NCBI GenBank assembly: GCA_964483785.1
Contig: CAZACW010000007.1
Location: 375-64,374 of the forward strand
DNA: 64,000 nt
Reading direction: 5' to 3'
DNA from: an uncultured Planctomycetales bacterium
Lineage (GTDB): Bacteria > Omnitrophota > Gorgyraeia > Zapsychrales > Fredricksoniimonadaceae
The position numbers and the translations under genes were made by a program. Each line of letters opens with the position of its first letter. Position 1 is the stretch's first letter. This document shows, one piece after another, positions 10,090-19,531 of this stretch. The notes beneath the pieces were generated by a model. It was not told the origin of the DNA and made no database searches. It was given only the letters and a program-made list of their open reading frames with translations.

Positions 10090-11219
10090 TTATTTCGCGT
10101 CCTTCACAGCTTCGGTGACCGCCTGCCTCATCGAAGAAAAGATCGTTAAGCCGGCCTGGGTCAAAATGACCTTGGCCTCTTTTTCATTGGTGCCGGTCAA
10201 GCGGATGATCAAAGGCACCGGGATCTGGATCTGCTTTAAGGCCGTGACAATCCCGTTGGCGATATCATCACAGCGGGTGATGCCGCCGAAAATATTGATG
10301 AGGATGACCTTGATGTCCTTGTTGCGCAAAATGATCTTAAGGGCATTCAAGACCTTTTCCGGGTTCGAGGAGCCGCCCACGTCCAAAAAATTGGCCGGCC
10401 TGCCGCCCAAAAGATTGACCGCGTCCATGGTGCCCATGGCCAGGCCCGCGCCGTTGACGATACAGCCCACATTGCCTTCCAGCTTCACAAAGCTTAAGCC
10501 CTTTTGCTTGGCCTCCAGCTCGTCGGCATCCTCGTATTTCATGTCCCTTAAGGCGGCCAGCTCCGGATGGCGGTCCAGGCCGTTGTCATCGATGATCACC
10601 TTGGCGTCCGCGGCAATGAGATTGCCTTCGCCGTTGATGACAAAGGGATTGATCTCAGCCAGGGAACAGTCTTTCTCGAAAAATAGTTTCAGCAGTTTCT
10701 GCAGAATGGAGGTGGCGCTTTTTTGCAGGCGCGCATCGGGGAATAATTGGGCCACAATCGGCGCCCAGCGCGCCTCATCCAGGTTTTCCCGGCCCTGCAT
10801 GTAAAACTTGATGATTTCTCCGGATGGGTCTTGGCGGTTTCCTCGATTTCCACCCCGCCCTCGGCCGAGGCGATCACCACCACATCGCCCTTGATATTGT
10901 CAATGGTGACCGCCAGATAGTATTCCTTGCGGATATCAATGGCCCGCGCGACCAGTAAGCGGTCAACGGCATAGCCCTTGATGTTGAGATTTTTGATGCG
11001 GTTGAATTCCAGGACAAGCTCTTTATCGTTGCCCACCACCTTGACCCCGCCGGCCTTGCCGCGGCCGCCGACTAAGACCTGGGCCTTGATCACCACCGGA
11101 TACCCGGTTTTCTGGGCAATGGCCACGGCTTCCTGCGGCGTTTGGGCCACATCTCCTTTTGCGATGGGGATATCGTAAGCGGCGAATAAATTCCTGGCTT
11201 GGTATTCGTGGATCTTCAT
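10090..11219 (-). pseudogene. sucC: Succinyl-CoA synthetase beta subunit, split by a 1-bp frameshift (ORFs 10689..11219 and 10090..10800)
   Basis: The N-terminal ORF matches SucC up to ...GGVEIEETAKTHPEK and then becomes nonsense. The C-terminal ORF resumes SucC homology (...LAEINPFV..., GNVGCIVNGAGLAMGTMD). The frames would be restored by one extra A in the run gagaaatcatcaag near 10800. Confidence 0.7.
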
Positions 11220-11306
11220 ACGCTTAAGTACTGAGAACTCCTGATGGTCATAAATGTCTGAATATTATCACAATTTTAAACAAATGCGCCATAAAAATCT
11301 ATTATA

Positions 11307-11369
11307 ATAGGGGACAGCGCCCTATTTTTCAGCTTAGGGTAAAATAAAAATAGGGCGCTGTCCCCTATT
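11307..11369. repeat. PR2 hairpin element copy A (22-bp stem ATAGGGGACAGCGCCCTATTTTT ... AAAAATAGGGCGCTGTCCCCTAT), abutting the start codon of the downstream gene
   Basis: Inverted repeat seen in the sequence; a near-identical copy lies at 57155..57220. Confidence 0.85.
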
Positions 11370-13028
11370 ATGAATGCCTTTCTTGATTATATCGCCACCA
11401 AACGATGGCCAGGTATTGTCCTTATTATCCTCTTCGGCGTCATCGCTTATCACAATTGCCTGCCCAATGAGATGTTCTGGGACGATGACGATTTCATCAA
11501 CAATAACCGCTATATCCGCGATTTTCATGATTGGCCATTATGGTTTAGCCAGAACCTGGTGGCCGGCAGTTTTTTAGTCAGCAATTATTGGCGGCCGCTG
11601 TTATTGGCCATTTTTTCCGTGGAATGGCATCTTTGGCAGCGCTGGGTGTACGGCTGGCACGCGGTCACAGTCAGCTTCCATATCCTGGCAGCCCTGGCCC
11701 TTTATGCTTTGATCCACCGGCTTTTTAGCAGGCGCCTGCTGGCCCTTTTATGCGCCCTGATTTTTGTAGTGCACCCCGTACACAACGAAGCGGTCTGCTA
11801 TGTCAACAGCATGGGTGATTCCCTGGCGAGCTTCCTTCTATTATCCAGCCTCGTCTGCTTTACCCGTTTCCGGCAATCCCAACAGCCGGCCTGGGCTTCC
11901 CGCGCATACTGGGCGGCCCTGCTTTTGTACCCTTTAAGTATGCTTTCCAAGGAAACCGGCTTTGTGCTGGCCGGCCTGCTTCCCCTGACCGATTTTCTCC
12001 TGCTTTCCAAGGACAAAAATTTTTGGCGCCGCGCCGGGCAAACCGCGGCCGCGGTCTGGCCCTTTCTTGTCCTTGCGGTCATTTACATTATCCTGCGCGG
12101 CACGGTGCTGAATTTTAACAACAGCTTTAATTTCTACAACGCCCACAATGATTTCACCAATCACCCCAGCATCCGGGTGATGACCTTTTTCAAGGCCATG
12201 ACGCAGTATGCGGGCTTTTTGTTTGTCCCCTATCAATTGCGGGTGGAACGCAATATGCCCTGGGCCCAATCCCTGTTGGAATGGGATGTGCTTTGGGGCG
12301 GCTTGATCGTCGGGGCCATGCTTTGGGCCGCATTCAAATATTGGAGGACCAAGCCCTGGCTTGCCTTTGGCGTAGGATGGTTTTTTATCGCTATTGCCCC
12401 GGCTTCGAACGTTTTGGTGCCCATCAATGCCGTGATCTACGAGCATTTTCTGTACATGCCCATGATCGGCGTCACCCTGATCGCGGTTTATGCTGGACTG
12501 GACTGGGCCCAAAAACGCCAACGCACTGCGACGCTGGTCAAGGTCCTGGCCGTGATCCTGGTCCTTTTTTGCGCCATCAATATCCACCGCAATTTAGACT
12601 GGCGCACCTCCATCGGCTTTTACGAACAGCTGATCACCTATCAGCCCAATGATTACAGGGTCATCAATAATTTAGGGATGGAATACGCGAATAAAGGCAT
12701 TCATGACAAGGCCCTGGCCACGTATTTGAAGGCCATTGCCCTGGACCCTCAAAACCCCGTGGCCTATCATAATATCGCCGGCACCTACCGCGACACCGGC
12801 CACATTGACCTGGCCCTGCAGAATTTTCAAAAGGCCATTGAGCTTAATCACAACTTTATTTTTTCCTACCGTTCCCTGGCGGATATTTACTGGAGGCTGG
12901 GGCAATGGGAGAACTGCCGGCGCTGTTTGCTGGCGATTTTGAGTTTCGACCCCACGGATGCCAATGTCCGTCAGGTCCTGCAGGAAGTGGAACAGAGATT
13001 AAAACCATCACAACCCCCGGGGTTGTGA
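11370..13028 (+). CDS. Polytopic membrane protein with C-terminal TPR repeats (GT39/PMT-like or TMTC-like topology)
   Basis: Many N-terminal hydrophobic segments and a C-terminal TPR consensus (YNLGMEYANKG..A...Y.KAIALDP..). The last 7 codons and the stop (PSQPPGL*) are encoded by PR1 copy 2. Confidence 0.6.
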   Translation: MNAFLDYIATKRWPGIVLIILFGVIAYHNCLPNEMFWDDDDFINNNRYIRDFHDWPLWFSQNLVAGSFLVSNYWRPLLLAIFSVEWHLWQRWVYGWHAVTVSFHILAALALYALIHRLFSRRLLALLCALIFVVHPVHNEAVCYVNSMGDSLASFLLLSSLVCFTRFRQSQQPAWASRAYWAALLLYPLSMLSKETGFVLAGLLPLTDFLLLSKDKNFWRRAGQTAAAVWPFLVLAVIYIILRGTVLNFNNSFNFYNAHNDFTNHPSIRVMTFFKAMTQYAGFLFVPYQLRVERNMPWAQSLLEWDVLWGGLIVGAMLWAAFKYWRTKPWLAFGVGWFFIAIAPASNVLVPINAVIYEHFLYMPMIGVTLIAVYAGLDWAQKRQRTATLVKVLAVILVLFCAINIHRNLDWRTSIGFYEQLITYQPNDYRVINNLGMEYANKGIHDKALATYLKAIALDPQNPVAYHNIAGTYRDTGHIDLALQNFQKAIELNHNFIFSYRSLADIYWRLGQWENCRRCLLAILSFDPTDANVRQVLQEVEQRLKPSQPPGL

Positions 13029-13032
13029 TGGT
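13004..13032. repeat. PR1 palindrome copy 2, overlapping the 3' end and TGA stop of the TPR membrane protein gene
   Basis: Perfect 29-nt palindrome. Confidence 0.9.
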
Positions 13033-13812
13033 CTAAATTAAGATTTGTTTAAAAAATTTCTGCATTTCATCCCACGAGGCCTTGTCCGCGTCTGCGTTAT
13101 ACAAGGCGCCGGGCGGGTCAATGCCCTTATTGTCCGGGTTGGTAAAGCCGTGCATGGCGCCGGGGTATTTGATCAGGCGGTAATCGACCTTGGCTGTCTT
13201 CATCTCTTCTTCAAAGGCCGCCACTTCCTCAGGCTTGACATAGGGGTCTGCATCACCGTGCAGGACCAGGACCTTGGTCTTGATATTTTTAGCATCCTGC
13301 GGGGTCGGGGTGCTTAAGCCCCCGTGAAAACTGACAATGCCCTTAATATCCGCGCCGCTGCGGGCCAATTCCAAAACAGCGGTACCGCCGAAACAATAGC
13401 CGATGGCCGCCAGCTTGGATGGGTCCACGTTGGCTTGTGATTTGAGGGCATCCAACCCGGCATTGACGCGCGCCCTGAAAAGCGCCCGGTCGCCCTTGTA
13501 TTTCCCCGCGGCGGCACCCGCCTCTGCCGTGGTTTGCGGTTGGGCCCCTTTGCCGTAAATGTCCGCGGCAAAGGCCACGTAGCCCAGTTGTGCCAGCATA
13601 TCTGCCCGCCGTTTGGCATAGGCATTAAGCCCTTTCCATTCATGCACCACCAGAACTCCTGGGCGCTGGCCGCTCAAAGCATTATCATAAGCCAGATAGC
13701 CTTCTAAAACCGTATCGCCCTGCTTATAGTCCACAAGCCGGGTCGTTAAGGCGGCCCAGGATGTTGCGGCCGCGCCTGTCAAAGCCATTAAAAAAACCAA
13801 AAGTAAACGCAT
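13033..13812 (-). CDS. Dienelactone hydrolase-family alpha/beta hydrolase, secreted
   Basis: Signal peptide plus the DLH-family pattern (HEWKG..., GYCFGG nucleophile elbow, ...HGGLS..., HGF). Confidence 0.7.
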   Translation of the reverse strand: MRLLLVFLMALTGAAATSWAALTTRLVDYKQGDTVLEGYLAYDNALSGQRPGVLVVHEWKGLNAYAKRRADMLAQLGYVAFAADIYGKGAQPQTTAEAGAAAGKYKGDRALFRARVNAGLDALKSQANVDPSKLAAIGYCFGGTAVLELARSGADIKGIVSFHGGLSTPTPQDAKNIKTKVLVLHGDADPYVKPEEVAAFEEEMKTAKVDYRLIKYPGAMHGFTNPDNKGIDPPGALYNADADKASWDEMQKFFKQILI

Positions 13813-13839
13813 CTTAAGTTCCCCTTTATTTAACGTTCG

Positions 13840-13868
13840 ACCATCACAACCCCGGGGGTTGTGATGGT
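13840..13868. repeat. PR1 palindrome copy 3 (centre CCCCGGGGG variant)
   Basis: Perfect palindrome lying between two tandem minus-strand genes. Confidence 0.9.
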
Positions 13869-13891
13869 CTGCTAAACATATCTTTACATGT

Positions 13892-14572
13892 TTAATACGA
13901 CGTTGTCGAACCGACGTTATTTAATACTTTTTCCCCCATCAAAATGGGGTCCACCGGCTTGGCGTCGATTCTAAGCCCGCCGTCGTGCTCGATATGGATG
14001 GTGTAAAGATACCCTGGAATAAACACAACCCCCGGCGCCTCGATCTGCACGCTTTTGACACCCGCCTTCCTGGCCCTGACCTCATCAAAGGCAAAGCGCC
14101 AGAAATCATGCCAGAACCTGTTTTCAAAACCGCTGGTCTTGCCTGGCACCTTATAGCCGCCCGGCACCTCATCCACCTGGGTGATGGGAAATTCCTGGGT
14201 CTTGCTGCCGTCGAGCACAAAGGCCTTCCAGAACAGGTACACGCTTTTGCCTTTGAACAGATCGCCGGCAGCCACGAATTTGTCCTCGAAGCGCACCACC
14301 AGGGACTGAAACTGGATCAATTTTCCGCTGAAGGTGAAATATTTAGGGGCCAGGGGCTGATTGTCCGTGTCATATTCGACAAACTTGATGGTGGTTTTGT
14401 CGCGGCGGCTCGCCTCATCAAAATTCACGTCGGTGACTAAGACCTGCGCGGCCCGCGATTCCGCCTGCAGGCGCTGCAGCATCTCTTTGTACACATGCTC
14501 GCGCCTAAGATGCCAGACCAGCCAAAAACCGGCCAGGACCAGGAAAAAAACGATGATGAGCGTCCTGTTCAT
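13892..14572 (-). CDS. Hypothetical membrane-anchored protein
   Basis: The ORF has an N-terminal TM helix; no recognisable family. Confidence 0.4.
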   Translation of the reverse strand: MNRTLIIVFFLVLAGFWLVWHLRREHVYKEMLQRLQAESRAAQVLVTDVNFDEASRRDKTTIKFVEYDTDNQPLAPKYFTFSGKLIQFQSLVVRFEDKFVAAGDLFKGKSVYLFWKAFVLDGSKTQEFPITQVDEVPGGYKVPGKTSGFENRFWHDFWRFAFDEVRARKAGVKSVQIEAPGVVFIPGYLYTIHIEHDGGLRIDAKPVDPILMGEKVLNNVGSTTSY

Positions 14573-14633
14573 GGGCTTATTCTACTTGAAAATTCTATTG
14601 GCGTATCTTGTTTTTTTCGTTATCATTGGCTTT

Positions 14634-15263
14634 ATGGAATTTGTACATCATGTGATCGGCTTTTTTGTGCATCTGGACCAGCACATGGCCTATATCAGTT
14701 CCCATTACGGCAACTGGGCCTACCTGATCATCTTTGCCATCATTTTTTGCGAAACCGGCCTGGTCGTGACCCCTTTTCTGCCCGGGGACTCCCTGCTCTT
14801 TGTCCTGGGCGCCATGGCCGCGGTCGGGGACATGCACCTGGCGCTTTTGATCCTGCTCTTGTCCGCCGCCGCCGTCGGCGGCAATTTGGTCAATTACACC
14901 GTCGGTGTTTTCCTGTCTGAAAAGGTGGTCCATAAGCAGGCCATCCCCTTTGTCAAGCAGGCCTATATTGAGCGCACCCATGCCTATTTTGAAAAATACG
15001 GGGCCAAGACCATTATCATCACGCGCTTTGTCCCTATCCTGCGCACCTTTGCGCCGTTTATGGCCGGGGTAGGGAACATGTCTTTCGGTAAATTCTTTCT
15101 TTATAATGCCGTGGGCGGCGTGGGCTGGGTCCTGGTGGGTGTATTAAGCGGATTTTTCTTCGGCAATCTGCCTTTTGTGCGGGACCATTTTTCGCTGGTG
15201 GTGCTGGCGATCGTGTTTATCTCCCTCATCCCCGCGGTCGTGGAATATATCAAGGCCCGTTAA
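14634..15263 (+). CDS. DedA/SNARE-associated (VTT domain) membrane protein
   Basis: DedA motif region (FCETGLVVTPFLPGDSLLFVLGA). The track ORF start at 14361 overlaps the upstream convergent gene, so the internal Met at 14634 is more likely the true start. Confidence 0.7.
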   Translation: MEFVHHVIGFFVHLDQHMAYISSHYGNWAYLIIFAIIFCETGLVVTPFLPGDSLLFVLGAMAAVGDMHLALLILLLSAAAVGGNLVNYTVGVFLSEKVVHKQAIPFVKQAYIERTHAYFEKYGAKTIIITRFVPILRTFAPFMAGVGNMSFGKFFLYNAVGGVGWVLVGVLSGFFFGNLPFVRDHFSLVVLAIVFISLIPAVVEYIKAR

Positions 15264-15697
15264 TCGCGGTCTGGCCGGTGTTTCCCCATCAAGGTCACAA
15301 ATTTCGCAAACTGCGCGGGCGTTAGAATCGACCTGACGCCTAAGATGCCGTCTAACTTATTGTCCTCCATCTGGGACTGCAGGGCCTTGATCTGGCCATG
15401 AATGGCCATGACCTTAGGCATATCCAGCTGGGGTTTCATCAACTCCGCCTTCATTGATTCCCTGTCCTGCTTCATTTCCTGACGGATCACGTCCATTTTC
15501 CCGTGGTGCTTTTCCTTGTTGGCATCCAGCTGTTTCCTCTGCTCGTCGGTCAGGTCCAGCTGTTTGAAGACAGCTTCGATATGCTGTTTGAAATGCTCCT
15601 TCTCCTGCGGCCCCGGCTCCTGCGCCAAGCCTAACGACCAGGCGCCAAGCGTGTACAGCGCCAGGCCAAAGACCATGACTTGTTTGATTTTTCTCAT
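15260..15697 (-). CDS. Spy/CpxP-family periplasmic chaperone-like protein
   Basis: Signal peptide and an LTDEQRKQL-type repeat typical of CpxP/Spy; it sits downstream of the ECF sigma/anti-sigma pair. Confidence 0.55.
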   Translation of the reverse strand: MRKIKQVMVFGLALYTLGAWSLGLAQEPGPQEKEHFKQHIEAVFKQLDLTDEQRKQLDANKEKHHGKMDVIRQEMKQDRESMKAELMKPQLDMPKVMAIHGQIKALQSQMEDNKLDGILGVRSILTPAQFAKFVTLMGKHRPDRD

Positions 15698-15715
15698 AAG
15701 ACCAACCCCCTTGAT

Positions 15716-16204
15716 TTATAAAAAATAATGCTCAATGGCGGTTTTGCCGTCATTGTTATCATTAAGGGCCAATGGGCCTGTGGGCTCCAGCAGGGAACTT
15801 AAATATTCCCCTTGTTCCTTGTCCTTGGCCTGTTGAAGGCGCATGGTGTTCAAGGTCACGGACCCGGCCAAAAATATCAGGATAAAACTGGCCAAAACCG
15901 GGACCAGCCTCGGCCATATCAGCCATCCTTTTAGATTTTCGATGAATTCTTCCAAGGGGCCTTCAGCGGCCTGGCCCTGGCGCTCGAGCTTTTCCCTGAT
16001 ATTCTCCCAAAGCTGGGCAGGCACCGGCTGCTGGGGCAGGCCGGCAAAAGGCAGGACCGCATTGTTCCTGACCTCTTTGTAAAAGGCGCGGCAATCCGCG
16101 CAATCCTGCAGATGGGATTCCAGGCCGCCGCTAAGTTCCTGGCCGGCCTCAGCGTCCATATAATCCGTCAGGATCAGGTCTTTAAATTGGTCACACTTTT
16201 TCAT
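15716..16204 (-). CDS. Zinc-finger (zf-HC2) transmembrane anti-sigma factor
   Basis: HLQDCADCRAFY (HxxxCxxC) motif plus one TM segment; overlaps the sigma gene by 14 nt. Confidence 0.65.
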   Translation of the reverse strand: MKKCDQFKDLILTDYMDAEAGQELSGGLESHLQDCADCRAFYKEVRNNAVLPFAGLPQQPVPAQLWENIREKLERQGQAAEGPLEEFIENLKGWLIWPRLVPVLASFILIFLAGSVTLNTMRLQQAKDKEQGEYLSSLLEPTGPLALNDNNDGKTAIEHYFL

Positions 16205-16748
16205 AATCCACCTTCCTTAAACTCAGCAATTTCTCACGGGACCTTTTCAGGCGCGAGCGCACGGTATTGATGTTGATATTCAAGGACCGGGCAATATCTT
16301 CATAGCTTAGGCCCTGGATATCGCGCAAGACCACACAGGCCCTTTGGTCAGGGTTGAGCTCAGCCAGCAGGCTTTCCACCAGCTTGCTGCGATGTTCCGC
16401 GTCCATCCGGGCCAGGACCTCGTTGTCCACCGCGCCCTCGCCGAAAGCCTCTTCAAAAGGGGTGGTTTTGACCCGCGAGGCCTTTTTGGCGAAATTGATT
16501 GCGTGATTGGCCGTGATCCTGTAGGCCCAGGTCTTAAATGAAGACTCAAAACGAAAGGTCTTGAGCTTATGATAGACGGCCATAAAGACCTCCTGGGAGA
16601 CTTCCAGGGCATCTTCCCTATTATTGACGATTCTCAGGGCCACGTTATAAACGAAGCTGCTGCTTTTCTGGTACACCTCTTCAAAAGCCTGCCGGTCGCC
16701 CTGGGAGGCCCTGATCAATATGTCCTTGCCTATGTCTTCCATCAGCAC
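16191..16748 (-). CDS. ECF (sigma-70 family) RNA polymerase sigma factor
   Basis: Region 2 (FEEVYQKSSSFVYNVALRIV... FKTWAYRITANH) and region 4 HTH (LSYEDIARSLNININTVRSRL). Confidence 0.85.
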   Translation of the reverse strand: MLMEDIGKDILIRASQGDRQAFEEVYQKSSSFVYNVALRIVNNREDALEVSQEVFMAVYHKLKTFRFESSFKTWAYRITANHAINFAKKASRVKTTPFEEAFGEGAVDNEVLARMDAEHRSKLVESLLAELNPDQRACVVLRDIQGLSYEDIARSLNININTVRSRLKRSREKLLSLRKVDYEKV

Positions 16749-16791
16749 CTTCTAACCTTTAGACAACAAAAGGGAGCCTAAAGTTCCCTGT

Positions 16792-17169
16792 TCAATCGCC
16801 GTCTTCCCGGCTGATCTCCATATGAAATTCGTGCAAAAAGCGGTGGATCAGGGGCGCGAAAATGATGGCCAAAACCATGTAAAACACCACCGCGGTCAAG
16901 ACCGCGTAAACCGTTGTAAAAATTTTGCCTCCATCCGTGTGCAAGGTATCGGTGAGCCCCAGGCCGGTCATCACCAGCACTGCGTTCATCACTGCATCCA
17001 CCCAGGAAAAGCCCTCAACGCCATGATAAACAACGGCGCCCAGGGCAATGGTGGCAACCAGCATCAAAAGGGCCAGGCCGAAACACCTGGTGACCCTTTG
17101 CCAGAACATTTTCTTGGAAATCAGGGGCTGGCGGTGGTGTTCAAAGATCGTAAAGAATTTTCTGCTCAT
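16792..17169 (-). CDS. Small multi-TM membrane protein (ion-channel-like)
   Basis: Three hydrophobic helices; weak resemblance to two-TM channel pore proteins. Confidence 0.3.
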   Translation of the reverse strand: MSRKFFTIFEHHRQPLISKKMFWQRVTRCFGLALLMLVATIALGAVVYHGVEGFSWVDAVMNAVLVMTGLGLTDTLHTDGGKIFTTVYAVLTAVVFYMVLAIIFAPLIHRFLHEFHMEISREDGD

Positions 17170-17354
17170 CCTTCCTCCTCGCTGTCTTTGAGAAGTTTCT
17201 TGATATGGTGCCGCTGGATTTTATTCGGTACAAATTTTCCCATAAACCACCTGTTGACCGTGACAAAGGTAACCCCAAGGATCCCAGCCAATTTGGTCTG
17301 TGATATCTTGTGCTCGAGGCGGTAGTCTTCCAATTTTTTGATCAATTTACTCAT
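17166..17354 (-). CDS. XRE-family helix-turn-helix transcriptional regulator
   Basis: HISQTKLAGILGVTFVTVNRW is an HTH_3 motif. Confidence 0.6.
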   Translation of the reverse strand: MSKLIKKLEDYRLEHKISQTKLAGILGVTFVTVNRWFMGKFVPNKIQRHHIKKLLKDSEEEG

Positions 17355-17510
17355 GATTTTAACATCATTTTATATCACATTATATCATTTTATAAAACAG
17401 AATTTTAAAAATTCAATATCTTTTTATAGCACAATAGATCTTCTTATATCCTAATTTTGCGTAGTTGGTCAGTCTCGATTATTGTAAGTCCTAAAGCTCA
17501 ATAATACCAT

Positions 17511-18360
17511 CTATTTCCCGAGGTTTCTTTGCCACCCTGCTGCCACGGCTGGTGTAGTTCCAAGGCTCTGATGGACGCGGCAGAAGTTATAATACATAAA
17601 GTGAAGGGCCACGGCACACGCTAAATTGTTCACCTTCTTTGAGAACGCATTGGTCAATCGAGTAAATCTTCTCATACTCATCCGCATTGTCAAGTTCTGT
17701 CTTTCAACAAAGTTTGTCGATATGTGGCGGCTCCCAGGGGTTCCGTTGATCTTGGTTTTCTCTGCACCAATGCAGACAGGCGGGCTGTATTTGCTTTTTC
17801 CTTCAAAGGCGTAATCAAGGTCGTAAATCTTATGGAGTTGGCGTAGTCAATCAGTGCCGAATACCTGGCCACAACATAGTGTTTCAGACCGTCTGTGGCC
17901 AGCTGTACCCTGTTTTTAAGGCTCCTGCCAGGTCTTGGATGAAAACCCCTTGCAGAAGTGGCATTCCTCTGCCCCCAATATACCATGAAGGCACCAGCTT
18001 GGTGTCCGCACATATAGCCGTCCAAGTCCATACATCCCCATAGCCAAATTGACCTCGCTTGTCTTTAGGGATATTCCGTTCTTTTGAGTAGCAGAATGAC
18101 CAGATTTCGTCGCATTGGAGGCGTTTACAGGGCAAATCCTTGAATATGCGGTCTTGCTATTCCGTACAGACCGCCCCCAGATCGCATAATAGCTTCAATA
18201 CTGTGCCTTTGGCGACGCCCGTCATACGGCAGGTGGCTCTAATGGAGTTCTCTTCCACTAAGGACGCTACTACCTGCTTACCCTTTTCTCTGGTCAATTG
18301 GTTCATGCTTCTACCCTCACTTTCTAAGGGCATCATACTTGAGCGGTCAAGTATTGTCAA
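17511..18360 (-). mobile_element. Degenerate IS1-family insertion sequence: InsA-like HTH ORF (18157..18360) plus an InsB-like transposase broken into 3 frames (17884..18135, 17690..18031, 17511..17693)
   Basis: InsA-like IRATCRMTGVAKGTVLKLL; InsB-like CDEIWSF..., ...ATDGLKHY..., ...YNFCRVHQSLG...; multiple frame changes indicate decay. Confidence 0.6.
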
Positions 18361-18399
18361 AAAAATATTGCCTTATTCAGTAAGAATCATGTTTGTTCT

Positions 18400-18993
18400 T
18401 TACGATCTTTTTATTTGGAAAGGCGCTACGAATTCTTTGGTAAGGACAGTTCTTTCATCACAATTTTCCCACAATTCTCGATGGGGAGCGCATTCACCGC
18501 TTCCATGATAGAGATGGACAAATACCCCTTCCTTTCTTGCGACCTCGACTGCTGGAAGGAAATCACTATCCCCAGTAATTAGAATAGCATGAGAAATCAT
18601 CCTCTTTGCAGAAAGCAACACCAAGTCCACTCCGAGGGAAATATCGACTCTTTTTTGTTCAAATATGGGCCTATTGTCTACTTTATTTATTCCCCTATAT
18701 TCCAATTTGCCATACCTAACATCAAATCGTGGCAATTGTTTCAAATTATGGAAAAAGGAAGAAGCTTTTGAAAATCGAACACTTTCTTCTTGCGTTGGAG
18801 GATTGCTCTGATATGGCAAACAATTATAATAATGGGTCCTTAATAAATCCATGTTGCCTGCGAGCGCTTCCGCCAATTTCCCAAGATGGATATTAGGCAA
18901 ACATAAGTCTTTCTTACCCACATAACTAAGATATGCCCCATCAATAAAAATGGCTACACGCGTTCCGATCATACACCCTCCTAAAGTTGTCAT
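18400..18993 (-). CDS. NYN-domain (LabA-like) protein
   Basis: ...AIFIDGAYL...ILITGDSDFLPAVEVARKEGVFVHLY is the NYN/LabA signature. Confidence 0.65.
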   Translation of the reverse strand: MTTLGGCMIGTRVAIFIDGAYLSYVGKKDLCLPNIHLGKLAEALAGNMDLLRTHYYNCLPYQSNPPTQEESVRFSKASSFFHNLKQLPRFDVRYGKLEYRGINKVDNRPIFEQKRVDISLGVDLVLLSAKRMISHAILITGDSDFLPAVEVARKEGVFVHLYHGSGECAPHRELWENCDERTVLTKEFVAPFQIKRS

Positions 18994-19172
18994 TTACAAA
19001 ATAAAACGCCTCCCAACACAAAGGAGGCGTTATGTTTTACCGCCATTCAAGATTGCTCTTGGACGGCGGGGATTATCTTTAGGATGTTTCGTCTGCTTTA
19101 AGTATGCACTACAAAATTAGTTCTGTCAAGCTTAAGCAAATAATAATCTATGGCACATGCCATTGTCAAGGA

Positions 19173-19391
19173 TTATTTTTCCCAGCGCTTTTGTGCGGCT
19201 TTTTGAGCAATTTCCCGACGACGTTTTGCAGAAAGGACTTCGGCCCTGGCCTTGCCCCCTTTAAGTCCCCCAAGACGGCCCAAGGCAACGGCGGCAGGAT
19301 TTTTTTCAGGACTTGCTTCTGCGGATTGCATGACCTGCCCAAGCATGGAAGCAGCTATTTGATTTTCGTCTTTGCTTGAACGCTTAGGCAT
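19173..19391 (-). CDS. Small basic KGG-motif protein
   Basis: GRLGGLKGGKARAEVLSAKRRREIAQKAAQKRW. Confidence 0.35.
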   Translation of the reverse strand: MPKRSSKDENQIAASMLGQVMQSAEASPEKNPAAVALGRLGGLKGGKARAEVLSAKRRREIAQKAAQKRWEK

Positions 19392-19465
19392 GGATGAATT
19401 GTATCACAATTTTTAAAATTTGCAAATTTAATTACCTGCCGAGACACCCCGTTTGATTATTGACA

Positions 19466-19494
19466 GCCCCTCTCACAAGAGTATAATAAATCGG
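19466..19494 (+). promoter_or_regulatory. Near-consensus sigma-70 promoter (TTGACA-16nt-TATAAT) upstream of the HicB-like gene
   Basis: ttgacagcccctctcacaagagtataat, followed by the RBS ggaggagg 6 nt before the ATG at 19532. Confidence 0.6.
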
Positions 19495-19531
19495 GTTATT
19501 AAACCAAGTTAAATACACGGGAGGAGGAAAT

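Noticed and set aside
14361-14633. N-terminal 91 codons of the track ORF 14361..15263
   Set aside because: They overlap the convergent gene 13892..14572 and are non-protein-like. The DedA homology begins at the internal Met at 14634.
19104-19172. Short palindrome ATGGCACATGCCAT downstream of the KGG gene
   Set aside because: Single 6-2-6 palindrome without flanking T-runs or repetition; insufficient evidence for function.
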